From an uncultured cyanobacterium (GTDB taxonomy: Bacteria; Cyanobacteriota; Cyanobacteriia; Cyanobacteriales; CAWUOF01), in assembly GCA_963744145.1 (NCBI GenBank), contig CAVUSO010000001.1:2624001-2688000 (forward strand): 64,000 nucleotides of DNA. The letters run 5' to 3'. The translations under genes and the position numbers were made by a program. Below the pieces are notes generated by a model. That model was given only the letters and a program-made list of their open reading frames with translations, searched no databases and was not told the origin of the DNA. Below are positions 62,122 to 64,000 of the stretch, one piece after another. Positions within the stretch are counted from its first letter, which is position 1; the number at the start of each line of letters is the position of its first letter.

Positions 62122-63981
62122 TTAGAAGGTGAAAGTAGTGCGGAGAGCTCCGATGGTAATAGTATCACTAGCAGGGGTATGACCTGGATTGAAAATAACT
62201 AACACCCCAGGAGTAATACTAATATTATCGGTCACGCGGAACCGATAAAAAGCCTCTACATGAGTAGTAGTTCCTGGTTCACCACCGGATTTTCCGGGTC
62301 CACCTGCGAGGAGATTAGGAATATTTTTTCCCAAGGGAAGATCACTATCAATAATCTTAGGAGGTTGACCGACATAAATTCCCCCTAAATTACCACGTCC
62401 AAACAAATCTGGGAAATTAGCAAACACCATCCAATTAGTAGTTTCTACACTCCCAGAGCTTTTGGGGATAGAAGAAGTAGTATAACCTCCCCAAGTACCC
62501 AGAGTAAACTTAGGTGAAACACGCCATTCTAAAGTACCACCAAAAGCATGAGTTTTAAGTGGGGTATTGACCGTGGTCAACTGGTCATCACCGAGTCCCG
62601 TACCCAAAACACCTGGGGGAGAATAGGAATGAATGTAATCTAAAGCCAGGTCAACCGTATCTGTAGGGGCGAAATTAAACTGGACACCCTCAGTAGTTTG
62701 CCCAGATGGACCACCAGATATCCCACCATTAGTAGGATCTTGCGGGGTACTAGCCGAGTATACAGCCTGCATACTGATCCGAGGGATAATTTGCCAGTCA
62801 AGACCGATCCCACCACGTCCATTACCAATATTCAAGATCGCGTTACGTTGAGCTAAAGCAGAAATGGGACCTTGACCAGCACTTTCCACCCGATTAGCAC
62901 CCCGGAAAACGTTAACTGGACTAACACCTGCTGGACCAACAATCAGCGCTAACTTATTACCGATGAGTTGACGATAGTTTAAATCGCTGATGACGAGTTG
63001 GTTTTGAGTATCTCCTTCATAAGCTAGTCTGCTATCATTACTCAACCGAGGAGCCGTGCTACCGCTACCCATTTGGATACCAGTAAGTAACAAACTACGA
63101 GGACTGAGCTGGGTAAATAAGCTCAACTGGACATTGCTGATCATGTTAGTATTAGTACCAGGATCTTTAGTGTCTTTGTGTCCATCTACCGGAAAAAAAT
63201 CAGCACGGTTGGGATTACGAGTTTGAATCCCAAAAATTGCTTGTCCAAATAGTTTCGTCGTTGGTGAAAACTGATGAGCTTTAAGTTCAGCATTCCGAGC
63301 TTCTAAACTGTCTACCCGTCCCCGTAAACTCGCAAGTTCAGCAGCAAATTCTTCTTGCAATCTTTGTAAAGATACTAGATCATCTTTTTTGAGCCGATTA
63401 GCACTAGATGATTGAATTAACTGGTTGACTTTATCCATACAAGCATTTAATCCTGCGGCAAATTCATACCGACTCATCGGTTTATTACCACGGAAAGAGC
63501 CATCTGGATAACCTGCTATACAACCATAGCGTTCCACTAAGGATTGGAGCGCTTGAAAAGCCCAGTCGGTCGGCTGCACATCTCGCAGTTGAGAGACAGA
63601 AGTGATTTGTTCCATCGAATCATCCTCTGTACCTGGGAGTGCTTGATCCGAATCGGTCGTTTCTGATGGTAAAGTCCCATCATCGGTAGAAATATTTTTT
63701 GCTGGTATCTTAGTTGTAGTTGATTGCGCTAAACTGTCTATACTAGCCTGTTTATTTTCACTGGATGCGAAAAAATATACAGGATTTGGATCTGCTGGTT
63801 TTAAGCTTGGTAATAAATCTGTTTTTTTTATGACATTCAGAGAGGATTTAATCAGGTAATCTGAAGGGACGATCGGCGGATTTTCAGCCCGAGCTGAGGC
63901 AAAATTGGCCATCAACCACCCAAATGTGGCCAAAAATAAAACGGAAGTAGCTGATTGATCTAAACTTAGTTGGGGTCTCAT
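62122..63981 (-). CDS. SLH-domain outer-membrane porin (cyanobacterial OprB/'iron uptake porin' family)
   Basis: ITSVSQLRDVQPTDWAFQALQSLVERYGCIAGYPDG SLH, FSPTTKL, EAFYRF..TDNISITPG, C-terminal LRTTFTF. Confidence 0.95.
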   Translation of the reverse strand: MRPQLSLDQSATSVLFLATFGWLMANFASARAENPPIVPSDYLIKSSLNVIKKTDLLPSLKPADPNPVYFFASSENKQASIDSLAQSTTTKIPAKNISTDDGTLPSETTDSDQALPGTEDDSMEQITSVSQLRDVQPTDWAFQALQSLVERYGCIAGYPDGSFRGNKPMSRYEFAAGLNACMDKVNQLIQSSSANRLKKDDLVSLQRLQEEFAAELASLRGRVDSLEARNAELKAHQFSPTTKLFGQAIFGIQTRNPNRADFFPVDGHKDTKDPGTNTNMISNVQLSLFTQLSPRSLLLTGIQMGSGSTAPRLSNDSRLAYEGDTQNQLVISDLNYRQLIGNKLALIVGPAGVSPVNVFRGANRVESAGQGPISALAQRNAILNIGNGRGGIGLDWQIIPRISMQAVYSASTPQDPTNGGISGGPSGQTTEGVQFNFAPTDTVDLALDYIHSYSPPGVLGTGLGDDQLTTVNTPLKTHAFGGTLEWRVSPKFTLGTWGGYTTSSIPKSSGSVETTNWMVFANFPDLFGRGNLGGIYVGQPPKIIDSDLPLGKNIPNLLAGGPGKSGGEPGTTTHVEAFYRFRVTDNISITPGVLVIFNPGHTPASDTITIGALRTTFTF

Positions 63982-64000
63982 ATTTCCAAAACTCCTACAA

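Noticed and set aside
1..64000. Frequent GCGATCGC octamers
   Set aside because: Standard cyanobacterial HIP1; useful for taxonomy only; also present in the CHAT island, so it does not mark recent transfer there

Overview
AT-rich cyanobacterial chromosomal segment. The HIP1 octamer GCGATCGC is frequent, and cyanobacteria-type genes (sipA, cbiX, SLH-porin, DUF928/CHASE2) are present. The housekeeping backbone is gltA, sixA, alr, tRNA-Ser(GCT), sipA, cbiX with a cobalamin riboswitch, fbaA, tRNA-Lys(TTT), mltA, argS, yqgF-like and murF, interleaved with signalling and accessory blocks. The best candidate for an undescribed system is 39.8-45.4 kb. There, two apparently unrelated toxin-antitoxin-like pairs have second genes that each end in the same ~85-aa helical module (…CLSIxDExDR…LAG…DNNRxxSDxNDxIELLDLAESLLEKL), and a TPR-CHAT caspase-like protease follows directly. 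This suggests protease-triggered toxin release. The second candidate is 12-20.7 kb, a Ras/Rab-like small-GTPase operon: coiled-coil protein, roadblock-like/TM/BON/OmpA protein, GTPase, an adenylate cyclase and a histidine kinase sharing one N-terminal input domain, and MscS. Also notable: a di-heme peroxidase coupled to a DAHL-type sensor cyclase, an MptA-like GTP cyclohydrolase paired with a RibD-like reductase, and two secreted proteins sharing a 20-aa motif (one carrying ~18 Gly/Thr 13-mers). A MITE family with ~10-bp target duplications occurs twice, once inside a dead DUF4276-like gene. Four genes carry apparent single-base frameshifts that may be sequencing errors. All family assignments come from motif recognition by eye; no searches were run.
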